Shown here piece after piece: positions 23,556 to 33,549 of a DNA stretch of 64,000 nt. Both the position numbers and the translations under genes were made by a program. The stretch spans positions 3,040,001 to 3,104,000 of the forward strand of contig OY759746.1 in the NCBI GenBank assembly GCA_963662795.1, read 5' to 3'. The DNA is from Spirochaetia bacterium (GTDB lineage: Bacteria > Spirochaetota > Spirochaetia > CADAEX01). The notes under the pieces are model-generated. The model worked only from the letters and a program-made list of their open reading frames with translations, was not told the DNA's origin and made no database searches. The stretch's first letter is position 1. Each line of letters starts with the position of its first letter.

Positions 23556-24437
23556 ATGAAAAAATATTTTGTTTTTTTTCTGTTATTAATTATAAATGCC
23601 GCAACTCTTTATTCCCTGCAATGGCCGGTTGAGAAATGGGTTCTCCAGTCAACATTTGCTGAAAACAGGGGTGATCACTATCAAACAGGTATAGGAATAG
23701 GGGGGGGAGAACAGAAGGTTCTGTCTGTTGCGGACGGGGAAATTGTCTATTACCAGGAAGAAAATACTTTTTCAGCCCTTCCTTCCGGGCTCGGCAATTA
23801 TATCGTAATTGAGCATGAAAGACAGCTCAGAACTACCTATGCAAATCTGAAAAAGGATTCCATAGATAAAAAAAGCATAAAAGTCAAAGCTGGTGATAAA
23901 ATCGGCCTTATAGGCGACAGCGGAGCATCCAGCGGCCCTGTTCTCCATTTTGAGGTTATTGATCTCGAACTCAATGAAATTGTTAACCCCCTCATGCTGC
24001 TTCCTCCTGCCGGAGACAAAACAAAACCGGCCATTAAAGAGGTTTTTATAGAAATGACAGGAAGCGAGAATGAGATAAAACTCTCACCCCGGAATGATAT
24101 AAAGGCCGGAAAATATGATTTAAGCGCGGTAATCTATGATACCAGCGAATATGTTGATTATTTTTGTCAGCTTGCCCCGTATAAGATAAATGTCTACATT
24201 AACGGCGAAGAAGCTGCCTCTATATCCTATAATTCCATTAAAAAGAATGATAAATCGCTTGTATTAAGCAGCAACATGAAGAAAGTATCTGAATACTATA
24301 AAAACACCGTGAATAACTGGCATATTTATCTTGGGCAGTTCGAAATCAGCGCGGGAATGATCCGGGTAGAAATTGCAGCATCAGATTTTGCAGGAAACGA
24401 AACTTCAAAAGAATTTTTACTGGTTTCCCAAAAATAG
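23556..24437 (+). CDS. M23 peptidase-fold protein, degenerate active site
   Basis: Signal peptide; QWPV, GLGNYIVIEH, GDSGASSGPVLHFEV, NPL. Confidence 0.85.
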   Translation: MKKYFVFFLLLIINAATLYSLQWPVEKWVLQSTFAENRGDHYQTGIGIGGGEQKVLSVADGEIVYYQEENTFSALPSGLGNYIVIEHERQLRTTYANLKKDSIDKKSIKVKAGDKIGLIGDSGASSGPVLHFEVIDLELNEIVNPLMLLPPAGDKTKPAIKEVFIEMTGSENEIKLSPRNDIKAGKYDLSAVIYDTSEYVDYFCQLAPYKINVYINGEEAASISYNSIKKNDKSLVLSSNMKKVSEYYKNTVNNWHIYLGQFEISAGMIRVEIAASDFAGNETSKEFLLVSQK

Positions 24438-24450
24438 GTCAGGGCATTAG

Positions 24451-25308
24451 TTGAAAACTTATTCAAAAATCCCTTCAGGAGAGAGACTTAAGGGCATTTT
24501 ATGCCCCCTGTGCGGCAGCGGAGAAGAGAAGCACACTCTTCTTTATACTTATGATCTCTATAGTTTTAAAAAATGCTCAGGCTGCTCTCTTGTCCTTCAG
24601 AATCCCCAACCGCTTTTCCCTGACCTGTCCCAGAGGTATGATGAAGATTATTTTAAATACGAAATTGAGAATGAGGAATCCTTTTTTTCACTTATGATGA
24701 TGGCCCTTTCTGACATAGGTTTTGACAGCCTTGATTTATCATCATTTAAAAAGTTGAGAATTCTTGATATCGGATGTGCGACAGGCAGATTCCTTTTGGA
24801 ATTCAGAAACAGAGACTGGGAAACTGCCGGAGTCGAAATATGCTCAAGGGCTGCAGAGTACGGAAATAAACAAAGAGGGGTAAATATTCACAATTGTACG
24901 CTTGAAGAGGCACATTTCCCTGAAAAAAGTTTTTCTGTTGTTCATGCATCGCATCTTATAGAACATCTCAATGATCCGGCTTCATTCCTTAGAGAGATCC
25001 ACAGGATTCTTGATGACAGGGGATTTCTGATAATTGTCACCCCCAATATTAAAAGTCTGCAGGGATTCCTTTTCAGGTCCGGATGGAGGTCCGCAATTGC
25101 TGATCATCTTTTTCTGTATTCACTTAAAACACTTGAGAATATATGCATTAAATACGGTTTTAAGCTGATAAGGAAAAAAACATGGGGAGGTCTTGCAAAA
25201 GGGCTTGCCCCTCCTGCCGTAAAAAAAATATTTGATAAAGTTGCAAAAAAAACCGGGACAGGTGATGTTATGGTAATGCTTTTTCAGAAAAAAGCAGAAA
25301 ATCCATGA
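24451..25308 (+). CDS. Class I SAM-dependent methyltransferase with N-terminal CxxC/CxxC
   Basis: LDIGCATG, GVE, HLIEHL.DP, TPN. Confidence 0.9.
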   Translation: MKTYSKIPSGERLKGILCPLCGSGEEKHTLLYTYDLYSFKKCSGCSLVLQNPQPLFPDLSQRYDEDYFKYEIENEESFFSLMMMALSDIGFDSLDLSSFKKLRILDIGCATGRFLLEFRNRDWETAGVEICSRAAEYGNKQRGVNIHNCTLEEAHFPEKSFSVVHASHLIEHLNDPASFLREIHRILDDRGFLIIVTPNIKSLQGFLFRSGWRSAIADHLFLYSLKTLENICIKYGFKLIRKKTWGGLAKGLAPPAVKKIFDKVAKKTGTGDVMVMLFQKKAENP

Positions 25309-25374
25309 GTCTGACTATAATTTATTTGTTAACCCTCCATGATACAGCCAAAGTTCAAAAACAAAATATCGCTA

Positions 25375-25403
25375 TTGACACTCCAAAATCATTTTAATAG
25401 GAT
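25375..25403 (+). promoter_or_regulatory. sigma70 promoter
   Basis: TTGACA-N17-TAGGAT; supports a start at 25429. Confidence 0.55.
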
Positions 25404-25428
25404 AATTTTAAAACCGGGGGGAGACCTT

Positions 25429-26169
25429 ATGACCAAAGATAGACTCAAGTCATATTCATATTCTTCTTTGAAAGAAATGGCCAGAAAGGAAGGAATCATA
25501 AATTATCAGAATCTCCCTCTGGAAAAACTCATCGATGCTGTAATAGAAGCTCTTGAAGAAAACAGAAATGACAGAATTATATCCAACAGTATAATTATCA
25601 GGGGAGAAGAGAAAAAATTCGATATATTCCGGGATGAGGAAATTGAAACCCAGGACATAAATGAATATTCTATACCTGAAAGTTACAATGAAACAAAAAT
25701 ACATATAATGCTTGTTGAGCCGCTGCTTGCCTATGCATACTGGGACCTCTGTGAAAAAGACAGACTTGTTTATTCCAATACTGTAAAACAGGGCAAACTG
25801 CTGCTGCGTGTCCATGAAAAATCAAATGAAGATAGAATTGAAGATGAAAATATTCCGGATTTTTTTGATATCCCGGTAAGGCTGAAAGATGAGAACTGGT
25901 ATATAAATCTTCCATCACATAATTCAAGTTATTCTATCGAACTTATACTGTATATGTACGGAGATGAGAGAATACTCTGCACATCAAACACAATAACCGG
26001 CCCGCCAAGGACAATGGAAGATATAAAGACATGTCAGGATTGTTTAAGCGAGGATTTTCTGGTCCTTTCCGGATTTTATGATTTTACAGATGGACCTTCA
26101 GATAACAGCATACCTCAGCGTATTATTTCATTTCTTGATAATAAATACCTGATTGACACAGAAAATTAA
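25429..26169 (+). CDS. DUF4912-domain protein
   Basis: Rho-N-like N-terminus; PESYNET..L.VEP..YAYWD; WYINLP. Confidence 0.85.
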   Translation: MTKDRLKSYSYSSLKEMARKEGIINYQNLPLEKLIDAVIEALEENRNDRIISNSIIIRGEEKKFDIFRDEEIETQDINEYSIPESYNETKIHIMLVEPLLAYAYWDLCEKDRLVYSNTVKQGKLLLRVHEKSNEDRIEDENIPDFFDIPVRLKDENWYINLPSHNSSYSIELILYMYGDERILCTSNTITGPPRTMEDIKTCQDCLSEDFLVLSGFYDFTDGPSDNSIPQRIISFLDNKYLIDTEN

Positions 26170-26181
26170 GAGGACCTGCGA

Positions 26182-27774
26182 ATGCATAACGGATATTTAT
26201 TATTTGTCTTGAATGCTCATTTACCTTTTGTGAGACATCCGGCTTACAACCGCTTTATAGAGGAGAACTGGCTCTATGGCGCCATATCCGAGACATATCT
26301 GCCTCTGCTAAGGGCATTCAACAGGCTTGACCGGGATAATGTTCAATTCTGCGTGACACTGGCAATTTCTCCGACACTTGCATCCATGCTTTCCGATGAA
26401 ATGCTTCAGGGCAGGTATTTACAGTATCTTGATGAGAGAATTGAACTTGGTAAAAAAGAGATAGAACGAACATCATTTGATCCGGTTTTTAACAGGCTTG
26501 CAAAGATGTATCATTCCTCCAATATCCAGAACCGTACTGATTTTACTGATCTTTATAAATTGAATATCCTGAAAGGATTCAAGGAGCTTGAGAAGAAGGG
26601 ACGGCTCCAGATAATTACATCAGCCGCAACACATGCATATCTCCCGTTTTATTCTGATTACAGCAATGCTCTTGAAGCCCAGGTGCAGACAGCTGTAATT
26701 TCCCACAGCAGGATTTTCGGCAAAGAACCATCCGGATTTTGGCTTCCGGAACTTGGATATGCGCCTGGAATTGAAAAAACACTTAAAGCAAATAATATTA
26801 AATATTTTTTTACAGCAGGCTATTCATTCCTGTTTGCGAAGGAATTTCCCAAATACGGAATATATGCGCCTGTATCATGTTCTCCCGGTATAAATGCTTT
26901 CTGCAGGGACATACTTACATCCAATTCTGTCTGGTCATATGATGACGGTTATCCCGGTAACCGTACTTACAGGGAATATTACAGGGACATCGGTTTTGAA
27001 ATGACAGATGAATACCTTGAAAACATTGTCTATAAAGATCGTGTAAGGGTAAACACAGGATTCAAATATTACGCAAATACAGGAAAACCGAGGGAAGAAA
27101 AAAAGCCTTATGACATTGATGAGGCGCAGCAGAAAGTGAATGAACATGCTGAAAACTTTATCTACAGGATGCAGAAACAGGTGAAAAAACTTTCAAAACA
27201 CATGGACAGGCCTCCTGTTTTTGTATGCCTTTACGATGCGCAGATTTTCGGTCACTGGTGGTATGAGGGTATACCCTGGCTTGAAAAGGTTTTAAGGCTC
27301 ACTTCATCGGATAACAGTCTCACTACGATCAGCGCTGATGATTATATTGAAAAATGGCCTGAAAACCAGAAAAACGAAATCTCTTTTGCAAGCTGGGGCA
27401 ACAACGGTTATGCCAGAATATGGTGCAGCGGAAGCAATGACTGGGTTTATAAGCATGTCCATATAGTTATTGATAAAATGGCAGAACTTGTCAAAAGATT
27501 CCCTGATGAAAAAGGACTTAAGGAAAGAGCACTTAATCAGGCCGCGAGGGAGGTTCTTCTCTCCCAGGCATCGGACTGGCCTTTTATTATGCAGACAGGA
27601 ATTGCAAAACCATATGCCGAGAAACGGGTAAAGGAACATATACATAACTTTCTTGTAATATACGATAATCTCTGCCGTAACACTGTAGATACTGAATGGC
27701 TGACCGGGATAGAGAAGGAAAACAATCTTTTTCCTGACATTGATTACAGGATTTTTATGGACAGCAGTACATGA
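26182..27774 (+). CDS. GH57 1,4-alpha-glucan branching enzyme (DUF1957)
   Basis: AHLPFV, ETYLP, WLPE, YREYYRDIG, YDAQIFGHWWYEG, QASDWPFI. Confidence 0.93.
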   Translation: MHNGYLLFVLNAHLPFVRHPAYNRFIEENWLYGAISETYLPLLRAFNRLDRDNVQFCVTLAISPTLASMLSDEMLQGRYLQYLDERIELGKKEIERTSFDPVFNRLAKMYHSSNIQNRTDFTDLYKLNILKGFKELEKKGRLQIITSAATHAYLPFYSDYSNALEAQVQTAVISHSRIFGKEPSGFWLPELGYAPGIEKTLKANNIKYFFTAGYSFLFAKEFPKYGIYAPVSCSPGINAFCRDILTSNSVWSYDDGYPGNRTYREYYRDIGFEMTDEYLENIVYKDRVRVNTGFKYYANTGKPREEKKPYDIDEAQQKVNEHAENFIYRMQKQVKKLSKHMDRPPVFVCLYDAQIFGHWWYEGIPWLEKVLRLTSSDNSLTTISADDYIEKWPENQKNEISFASWGNNGYARIWCSGSNDWVYKHVHIVIDKMAELVKRFPDEKGLKERALNQAAREVLLSQASDWPFIMQTGIAKPYAEKRVKEHIHNFLVIYDNLCRNTVDTEWLTGIEKENNLFPDIDYRIFMDSST

Positions 27775-27795
27775 TATCCAGTGTCGGAAACCGGA

Positions 27796-28035
27796 TCAGA
27801 TCAGGCTTTCAAGTTCAGATAAGGTAAGCTGCTCGAGGTGAAATGACGTAACTGTTTCATTCCTGTCTTCCCTTGTTGTTTTTTTATAGACCCTGAATGC
27901 TATTGTTTTTATACTTGGGAATGGAAGCCTCGCTGGATAGCCGTTGATGTCAACTATCTGATTTACAGTCAGCATATGGGGTATTTCCTGCCTGTCTCCT
28001 TCCGGATATACTATCTCCCTGATATCGTATTTCAT
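27796..28035 (-). CDS. Small hypothetical protein
   Basis: SD GAGGTG, -10 TATAAT upstream; IVYPEGD, VDING.P, YLEQL-like motifs. Confidence 0.7.
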   Translation of the reverse strand: MKYDIREIVYPEGDRQEIPHMLTVNQIVDINGYPARLPFPSIKTIAFRVYKKTTREDRNETVTSFHLEQLTLSELESLI

Positions 28036-28166
28036 CAGCACCTCATATTATTCCAGTATTATTCAATTATAGTAAAAGTAATCCCATTATCCTTCCATAC
28101 TTAAAATATGTTAAGTACCCAGGGCGGTAAAATATAGTTTTTTCAATGTTGGATTAAAAAACAAAG

Positions 28167-28194
28167 TTGACATATGAATTTAATCCTTTATTAT
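28167..28194 (+). promoter_or_regulatory. dcw cluster promoter
   Basis: TTGACA-N16-TATTAT. Confidence 0.6.
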
Positions 28195-28200
28195 TACTTT

Positions 28201-28240
28201 GAGTGGTAAAAAGTGGTAAAAAATAGGGGAAAGTGGTATT
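28201..28240 (+). promoter_or_regulatory. MraZ-binding direct repeats
   Basis: AGTGGTA at 28202, 28212 and 28232, a 10-bp period with one degenerate unit. Confidence 0.8.
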
Positions 28241-28244
28241 TAGT

Positions 28245-28685
28245 GTGTTAAGCGGGGAATTTGTTAATAATATTGATGAAAAAGGGCGCATTATGATTCC
28301 TGTAAAGTTAAGGGCTGCCATAGATGGCGATTCTCTTATCCTTACCAGGGGCGTTGATCAGTGTCTCTGGCTTTTCCCCGTTTCCGAGTGGCAGAAGGTT
28401 TCACAGCAGATTATGTCTGCAACTTCAATTCTTCAGGCAAGGGCGCGGATGATCCAGAGAAGAATTATCGCACCTGCTCAGGAAACTGAAATCGACAGAT
28501 CCGGCAGGATAAATATAGCGCCTGTTTTGAGGACATTTGCACAGCTTAAAAAGGAATGTGTAATACTTGGGATAAATAATTATATTGAAATATGGGATGA
28601 AGAGGTTTATCAGAAATACTGGGAGGAGAATGAGGCTGATTTTCAGAAAGCTGCGGAAGAGCTTGGAAAAATAGTCTCGGTATAA
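28245..28685 (+). CDS. mraZ: Division/cell-wall cluster repressor MraZ (GTG start; alternative 28233)
   Basis: IDEKGRI.IP, DRSGRINI, EIWD. Confidence 0.95.
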   Translation: MLSGEFVNNIDEKGRIMIPVKLRAAIDGDSLILTRGVDQCLWLFPVSEWQKVSQQIMSATSILQARARMIQRRIIAPAQETEIDRSGRINIAPVLRTFAQLKKECVILGINNYIEIWDEEVYQKYWEENEADFQKAAEELGKIVSV

Positions 28686-28686
28686 C

Positions 28687-29631
28687 ATGGTTGAAGTAGT
28701 CCATTATTCCGTAATGAAAAATGAAGTTGTCTCATTTTTAAAACCTGATAAACCCGGTCAGATTCTTATCGATGCAACTACAGGAGAAGGCGGGCATTCC
28801 GAGTGGTTTTTAAAACGCTATCCTGATATCAATGTTGTCTGCCTTGATGCTGATGAAGCGATAATGGATATAGCCAGAAAAAGGCTTGAGTGCTTTGGAA
28901 GCCAGGTGAGATTTTACAACAAGTGGTTTAATGCTTTTTTCAGGGATTATCCGTCAGACCTTGAACGGCCGGACAGAATCCTCTTTGATCTCGGTATTTC
29001 AACATTCCATTATGAAAAAGCGGAAAGGGGATTTTCATTCAGGAAGGACGAAAATCTGGATATGAGGCTTGAAAAACACCTTGAAATTTCGGCCGCGGAT
29101 ATTGTTAATACTTATCCGCAGAAAGAGCTTGCTGACATAATCTATGAATACGGCGAAGAGAGGTATTCCAGGAAAATTGCAGAAGCTGTAGTCAGGTACA
29201 GGAAAAACAGCAGGATAAGAACTACAGGGGAATTTGCCGAGATTATCTGGAATGCTGTTCCTGTTTCCTACAGGCATGGGAGAATTCATCCTTCCACACG
29301 CACTTTCCAGGCTTTGCGTATTGCTGTAAACGGCGAACTCGCGCGTCTTAAGGAAGCTCTTGAAGGGGCCCTTTCTGTCCTTAATGTGGGCGGGCGGATA
29401 GGTGTTATAAGCTTTCATTCGCTTGAGGACAGGATTGTGAAGCATTTTTTCAGGGATATGGCCAAAGATTGTATATGCCCTCCTGAAACGCCGATATGTA
29501 ATTGCAGGGGAGTAAAAATTGTTGAATTGATTACAAAAAAACCTGTTGTTCCGGAGGCAGAAGAAATCAATGATAATCTGCCTTCACGGAGTTCAAAATT
29601 GCGTGTCATTGAAAAGGTTAACGAACTATGA
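28687..29631 (+). CDS. rsmH: 16S rRNA m4C1402 methyltransferase
   Basis: HYSVM, DAT.GEGGHS, DLGIS, RGFSF, FQALRIAVN, SFHSLED. Confidence 0.97.
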   Translation: MVEVVHYSVMKNEVVSFLKPDKPGQILIDATTGEGGHSEWFLKRYPDINVVCLDADEAIMDIARKRLECFGSQVRFYNKWFNAFFRDYPSDLERPDRILFDLGISTFHYEKAERGFSFRKDENLDMRLEKHLEISAADIVNTYPQKELADIIYEYGEERYSRKIAEAVVRYRKNSRIRTTGEFAEIIWNAVPVSYRHGRIHPSTRTFQALRIAVNGELARLKEALEGALSVLNVGGRIGVISFHSLEDRIVKHFFRDMAKDCICPPETPICNCRGVKIVELITKKPVVPEAEEINDNLPSRSSKLRVIEKVNEL

Positions 29632-29933
29632 AAAGTGTTAAAAAAACAGTTCTTGTGGCACTTGCTGTTATTACAGTGCCTGTTCTCCTTTTTCTGAATG
29701 TATGGCAGGGATTCCGTTATGAAAGGATGAATGCTGAGATCAGAAATTATGAATATGAGCAGAAAGAATGGTTTGAGGAGAACAAAAGAATGCTGGCTGC
29801 CTTATCTGTATACAGTTCTCCGGCCAGAGTTGAAAAAATTGTTGATGAGGATTCGGAATTAAGCATACAAAAGCCCGGACAGGCCATAATAATAAAATTT
29901 TCGCGGAATCAGGAAGGAGTTGCAGGTGAGTAA
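29628..29933 (+). CDS. ftsL: Cell division protein FtsL
   Basis: Position after rsmH; TM plus coiled coil; SSPARVEKI. Confidence 0.8.
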   Translation: MKSVKKTVLVALAVITVPVLLFLNVWQGFRYERMNAEIRNYEYEQKEWFEENKRMLAALSVYSSPARVEKIVDEDSELSIQKPGQAIIIKFSRNQEGVAGE

Positions 29934-31335
29934 TGAGTCTCTGATGTCAGTAAGGGAAGCCGCTTTAATGATGAATGGCACTCTGCTGACAGAGGGGCCT
30001 GAACCCTATTTGAGCTCTGTTGCAATAGATTCAAGGAAAGTTGAGCCTGGTTCTCTCTTTATTGCCCTTAAAGGGGAAAAAAGTGACGGGCATAAATATA
30101 TCGGAAATGCAGTTTCTGCAGGCGCTGTATGCTGCGTAATAGAGAATGAAAACAGTGAGACAATAGCTCTTAAGGAAAATCAGTCCTGCGTATTTATTCT
30201 CGTAAAGAATACTCTCAGGGCGCTTCAACTGCTTGCCGGACAGTACCGCGCCAAATTTGAAAACATTTTTATTGTCGGGATTACCGGAAGCAGCGGAAAA
30301 ACAACTACAAAGGAACTGCTTGCTTCGATACTTGCAAAAGAGAATCTGACAGTAATGAATGAAGGCAATCTTAATTCTGAAACAGGGCTGCCTCTTTCCA
30401 TGTTCAGAATAAAAACCGCTCACAGATTCGGTGTTTTTGAACTGGGGATCAACCATGCCGGTGAAATGGATGTTCTGGTGGATATCTTAAGACCTGATTA
30501 TGCTGTACTTACAAATATCGGCACTGCCCATATAGGGCTGCTTGGTTCAAAAGATCGTATCGCAAATGAAAAAGTGAAAATTTTCCACAGCTTCGGCAAT
30601 TTGAAAGCTGGAATTGTGTATGAAAAGGATGATTTTGCCCCGCAAATATTAGCCGACAGCAGATACGGAAAGATAATATCATTATACGGCCTGGAAAGTC
30701 AGAAGAATGAGGTTTCTGTAATTGATAAAGGGCTAAACGGAACTGAAATAACACTTGGAAAAGAAAAAATAGCATTTCCCCTTATCGGAAATCATAATCT
30801 GCTTAATGCCCTTGCTGCATTAAAAGCTGCCAAGTACCTTGGAATAGATAACGTAAAAATAAAAGAAGCTCTTGAAGAGGCAAAACCTCTGTTTGGAAGG
30901 GGCGAAATAACCAATACTCCTGTAACTGTGATATCAGACTGCTACAATTCAAATCTGGAATCTGTTAAAGCAGCCCTTGATTTTCTTGACAGCATTCCGT
31001 GGAGCGGGAGAAAAGCTGTTCTGCTGGGTTCAATACTTGAACTTGGAGACAGTTCGGATGATATCCATAATAAAGTTGCAGATATGGCTGTACAAAGCTG
31101 TGCTGATGCAGTTTTTCTTTTTGGAAAGGAAATTGAAAAAGCATATAGCGGCTTAACCGGCAGAAAAAAGGATAAACACATGTTCTGGACAGATGATCCG
31201 GGAAAGATGAACGATGCGCTTTCCGGGTATCTGTGTACGGGAGATATTATCCTTCTTAAAGGTTCAAGGGGAATGTCTCTTGAGAGGTTTCTTGAAATTA
31301 TCGGAAAAATAAACAGGATGGTGCCAAATTGCTGA
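29926..31335 (+). CDS. murF: UDP-MurNAc-tripeptide:D-Ala-D-Ala ligase
   Basis: DSR, GITGSSGKTTTKE, GNLN, DCYN, LKGSRG. Confidence 0.95.
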   Translation: MSNESLMSVREAALMMNGTLLTEGPEPYLSSVAIDSRKVEPGSLFIALKGEKSDGHKYIGNAVSAGAVCCVIENENSETIALKENQSCVFILVKNTLRALQLLAGQYRAKFENIFIVGITGSSGKTTTKELLASILAKENLTVMNEGNLNSETGLPLSMFRIKTAHRFGVFELGINHAGEMDVLVDILRPDYAVLTNIGTAHIGLLGSKDRIANEKVKIFHSFGNLKAGIVYEKDDFAPQILADSRYGKIISLYGLESQKNEVSVIDKGLNGTEITLGKEKIAFPLIGNHNLLNALAALKAAKYLGIDNVKIKEALEEAKPLFGRGEITNTPVTVISDCYNSNLESVKAALDFLDSIPWSGRKAVLLGSILELGDSSDDIHNKVADMAVQSCADAVFLFGKEIEKAYSGLTGRKKDKHMFWTDDPGKMNDALSGYLCTGDIILLKGSRGMSLERFLEIIGKINRMVPNC

Positions 31336-32408
31336 AAGAAATATTTCTGCCGCTTATCGGTAAATTAACATTTTTTAATATCTTTCAGTATATCACTTTC
31401 AGGGCGGCTTATGCGGCTGTTACAGCCCTGTTCTTGTCGCTTTTTTTCGGGCCTATGCTTATAGAATGGCTCAAAAAACAAAAAATGGGACAGGAGATAA
31501 GGGATGACGGACCAAGCACTCATCAGGTTAAATCCGGAACTCCCACAATGGGCGGCATACTTATAATATTTTCCATTGTTGTCTCTGTACTGCTCTGGCA
31601 GGATATAAAAAATATCTATACCTGGATATCCATCATATCAATACTCGGCTTCGGCCTGATCGGTTTTGTAGATGATTACCTCAAGGTTTTTAAAAAGAAT
31701 TCTGCCGGTATGCATGCAAAGTTTAAATTTATAGCCCAGATTCTGCTGTCGCTTGTGATAGTTACTTTTATTTTCGTTAACAGCAATAAGGAAACAACGC
31801 TCCTTTATATTCCTTTTTTCAAGTATCCGGTGCTTGATCTCTCATATTTTTATATCCCCTTTGGTGTACTGCTTCTTGTAGGGACTACAAATGCGGTAAA
31901 TCTTACTGACGGCCTTGACGGGCTTGCGATAGGGCTTGTTCTTCTTGCCGGAATTGCATTTGCAATCCTTACATATCTTACCGGAAGGGCGGATTATGCA
32001 GAGTATCTTCAGATTCCCTATATTGCCGGCAGCGGAGAACTTGCAATCCTCAGTCTTGCGGTAGTCGGCGCATCAGTGGGATTTTTATGGTTTAACTGTC
32101 ATCCGGCAGAAATCATGATGGGAGATACAGGCAGTCTTTCTCTTGGCGGTGTAATAGGGGTTATAGCTCTTTTAATCAAGAAAGAGATACTGCTGATAGT
32201 TGTTGGAGGAGTTTTCGTACTTGAGGCTCTTTCTGTAATAATACAGGTAATTTCATATAAAAAGAGGAAGAAAAGGGTATTCAGAATGGCCCCTCTTCAT
32301 CATCACTATGAACTGGGCGGATGGAACGAGAGCAAGGTAGTTGTGCGGTTCTGGATTCTGGGCGGTCTTTTTGTAATCCTTAGTTTATCTACTTTGAAAA
32401 TTCAGTAA
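31329..32408 (+). CDS. mraY: Phospho-MurNAc-pentapeptide transferase
   Basis: KSGTPTMGG, DDY, NLTDGLDGL, MGDTGS, MAPLHHH. Confidence 0.98.
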   Translation: MLKEIFLPLIGKLTFFNIFQYITFRAAYAAVTALFLSLFFGPMLIEWLKKQKMGQEIRDDGPSTHQVKSGTPTMGGILIIFSIVVSVLLWQDIKNIYTWISIISILGFGLIGFVDDYLKVFKKNSAGMHAKFKFIAQILLSLVIVTFIFVNSNKETTLLYIPFFKYPVLDLSYFYIPFGVLLLVGTTNAVNLTDGLDGLAIGLVLLAGIAFAILTYLTGRADYAEYLQIPYIAGSGELAILSLAVVGASVGFLWFNCHPAEIMMGDTGSLSLGGVIGVIALLIKKEILLIVVGGVFVLEALSVIIQVISYKKRKKRVFRMAPLHHHYELGGWNESKVVVRFWILGGLFVILSLSTLKIQ

Positions 32409-32418
32409 CGGGAGAAGT

Positions 32419-33549
32419 ATGACAGGTAATTTTATTGTTGAAAGGGAAAACAGACAATCAAGCGATCCATTCCTGCTGTCTGTAATTGTACTGCTTCTGG
32501 GTATTGGGCTGACCTTTCTCTTTTCGGCATCTTATCCGAATGCTTTGAGGCTCAATAAAGCGCCTGAATTCTTTTTATTAAGACAGGCAGTAATGGCTGC
32601 CGCTGGATTTGCCGGGGCACTTTTTCTGATGAATATTCCGATAGCAGTACTAAAAAAACTGGTATTTGCAATAGTACTCACTTCTTTGCTTCTTTCTGTC
32701 ATTGTTCTTCTGGCAGGCCGGGATATTCAGGGTGCAAGGCGCTGGATTATAATCGGGGGCAGGTCTTTTCAGCCTTCTGAAATTGTGAAACTTGCGCTTA
32801 TTCTCTATCTGGCTGATGTTTTCAGTAAAAAAGAAGACAGTCTGGACAGTTTTTATTCACTTTCACATCCTCTTGTCATGGTACTGCTGTTTTCCCTTCT
32901 TACATTTGCCCAGAACGATTTTTCCACAGCAGTTTTTCTGATTTTTATCGGCTCGGCACTATTTTTTATTGCAGGAGTTAAATTCCGGTATTTTCTCACC
33001 GGCTTTCTGGCATCTGTTCCATTTCTTATGATCCTTGTATTCAGCAGGGAACACCGGGTAAAAAGACTTATTGCTTTCCTTGATCCGGATAAAGATCCAG
33101 CAGGTGTCGGATATCAGATAATCAAGGCAAGAGAGGCGCTTATAAGCGGCGGTTTCTGGGGAAAGGGAATCGGAAGCGGCCTTAAAAAAATGGGGACACT
33201 TCCTGAAGCCCACTCTGATTTTATTTTTGCTGTAATTGGAGAGGAAGCAGGATTTATTGGAATATTGATAATTATAATTCTCTTTGCAATTTTTGCGGCG
33301 CGCGGCTACATGATTTCATACAGGTGTGCCGACCGTTTTTGTTTTTATACAGGGTTTGGTATTACAACCTCAATTCTCTATCAGGCTCTTATGAATATGG
33401 CTGTTGTCTCCGGAGCTGTACCTGCGACCGGAATACCTCTGCCGTTTTTTTCACATGGAGGGTCTTCGATTATGGTTACTTTACTTATGTGCGGGATTCT
33501 ACTTAATTTATCCCGCAGTACAAAAAATGAAAGGGAATTACCATTATGA
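32419..33549 (+). CDS. ftsW: SEDS peptidoglycan glycosyltransferase FtsW
   Basis: GARRW, FQPSE, LPEAHSDFIF, LPFFS.GGSS. Confidence 0.95.
   Translation: MTGNFIVERENRQSSDPFLLSVIVLLLGIGLTFLFSASYPNALRLNKAPEFFLLRQAVMAAAGFAGALFLMNIPIAVLKKLVFAIVLTSLLLSVIVLLAGRDIQGARRWIIIGGRSFQPSEIVKLALILYLADVFSKKEDSLDSFYSLSHPLVMVLLFSLLTFAQNDFSTAVFLIFIGSALFFIAGVKFRYFLTGFLASVPFLMILVFSREHRVKRLIAFLDPDKDPAGVGYQIIKAREALISGGFWGKGIGSGLKKMGTLPEAHSDFIFAVIGEEAGFIGILIIIILFAIFAARGYMISYRCADRFCFYTGFGITTSILYQALMNMAVVSGAVPATGIPLPFFSHGGSSIMVTLLMCGILLNLSRSTKNERELPL

Noticed and set aside
28089-28116. dif-like site (ATATGTTAAGT resembles a XerD arm)
   Set aside because: Arm spacing does not give a 6-bp core and the XerC arm is poor; better explained as a palindrome.
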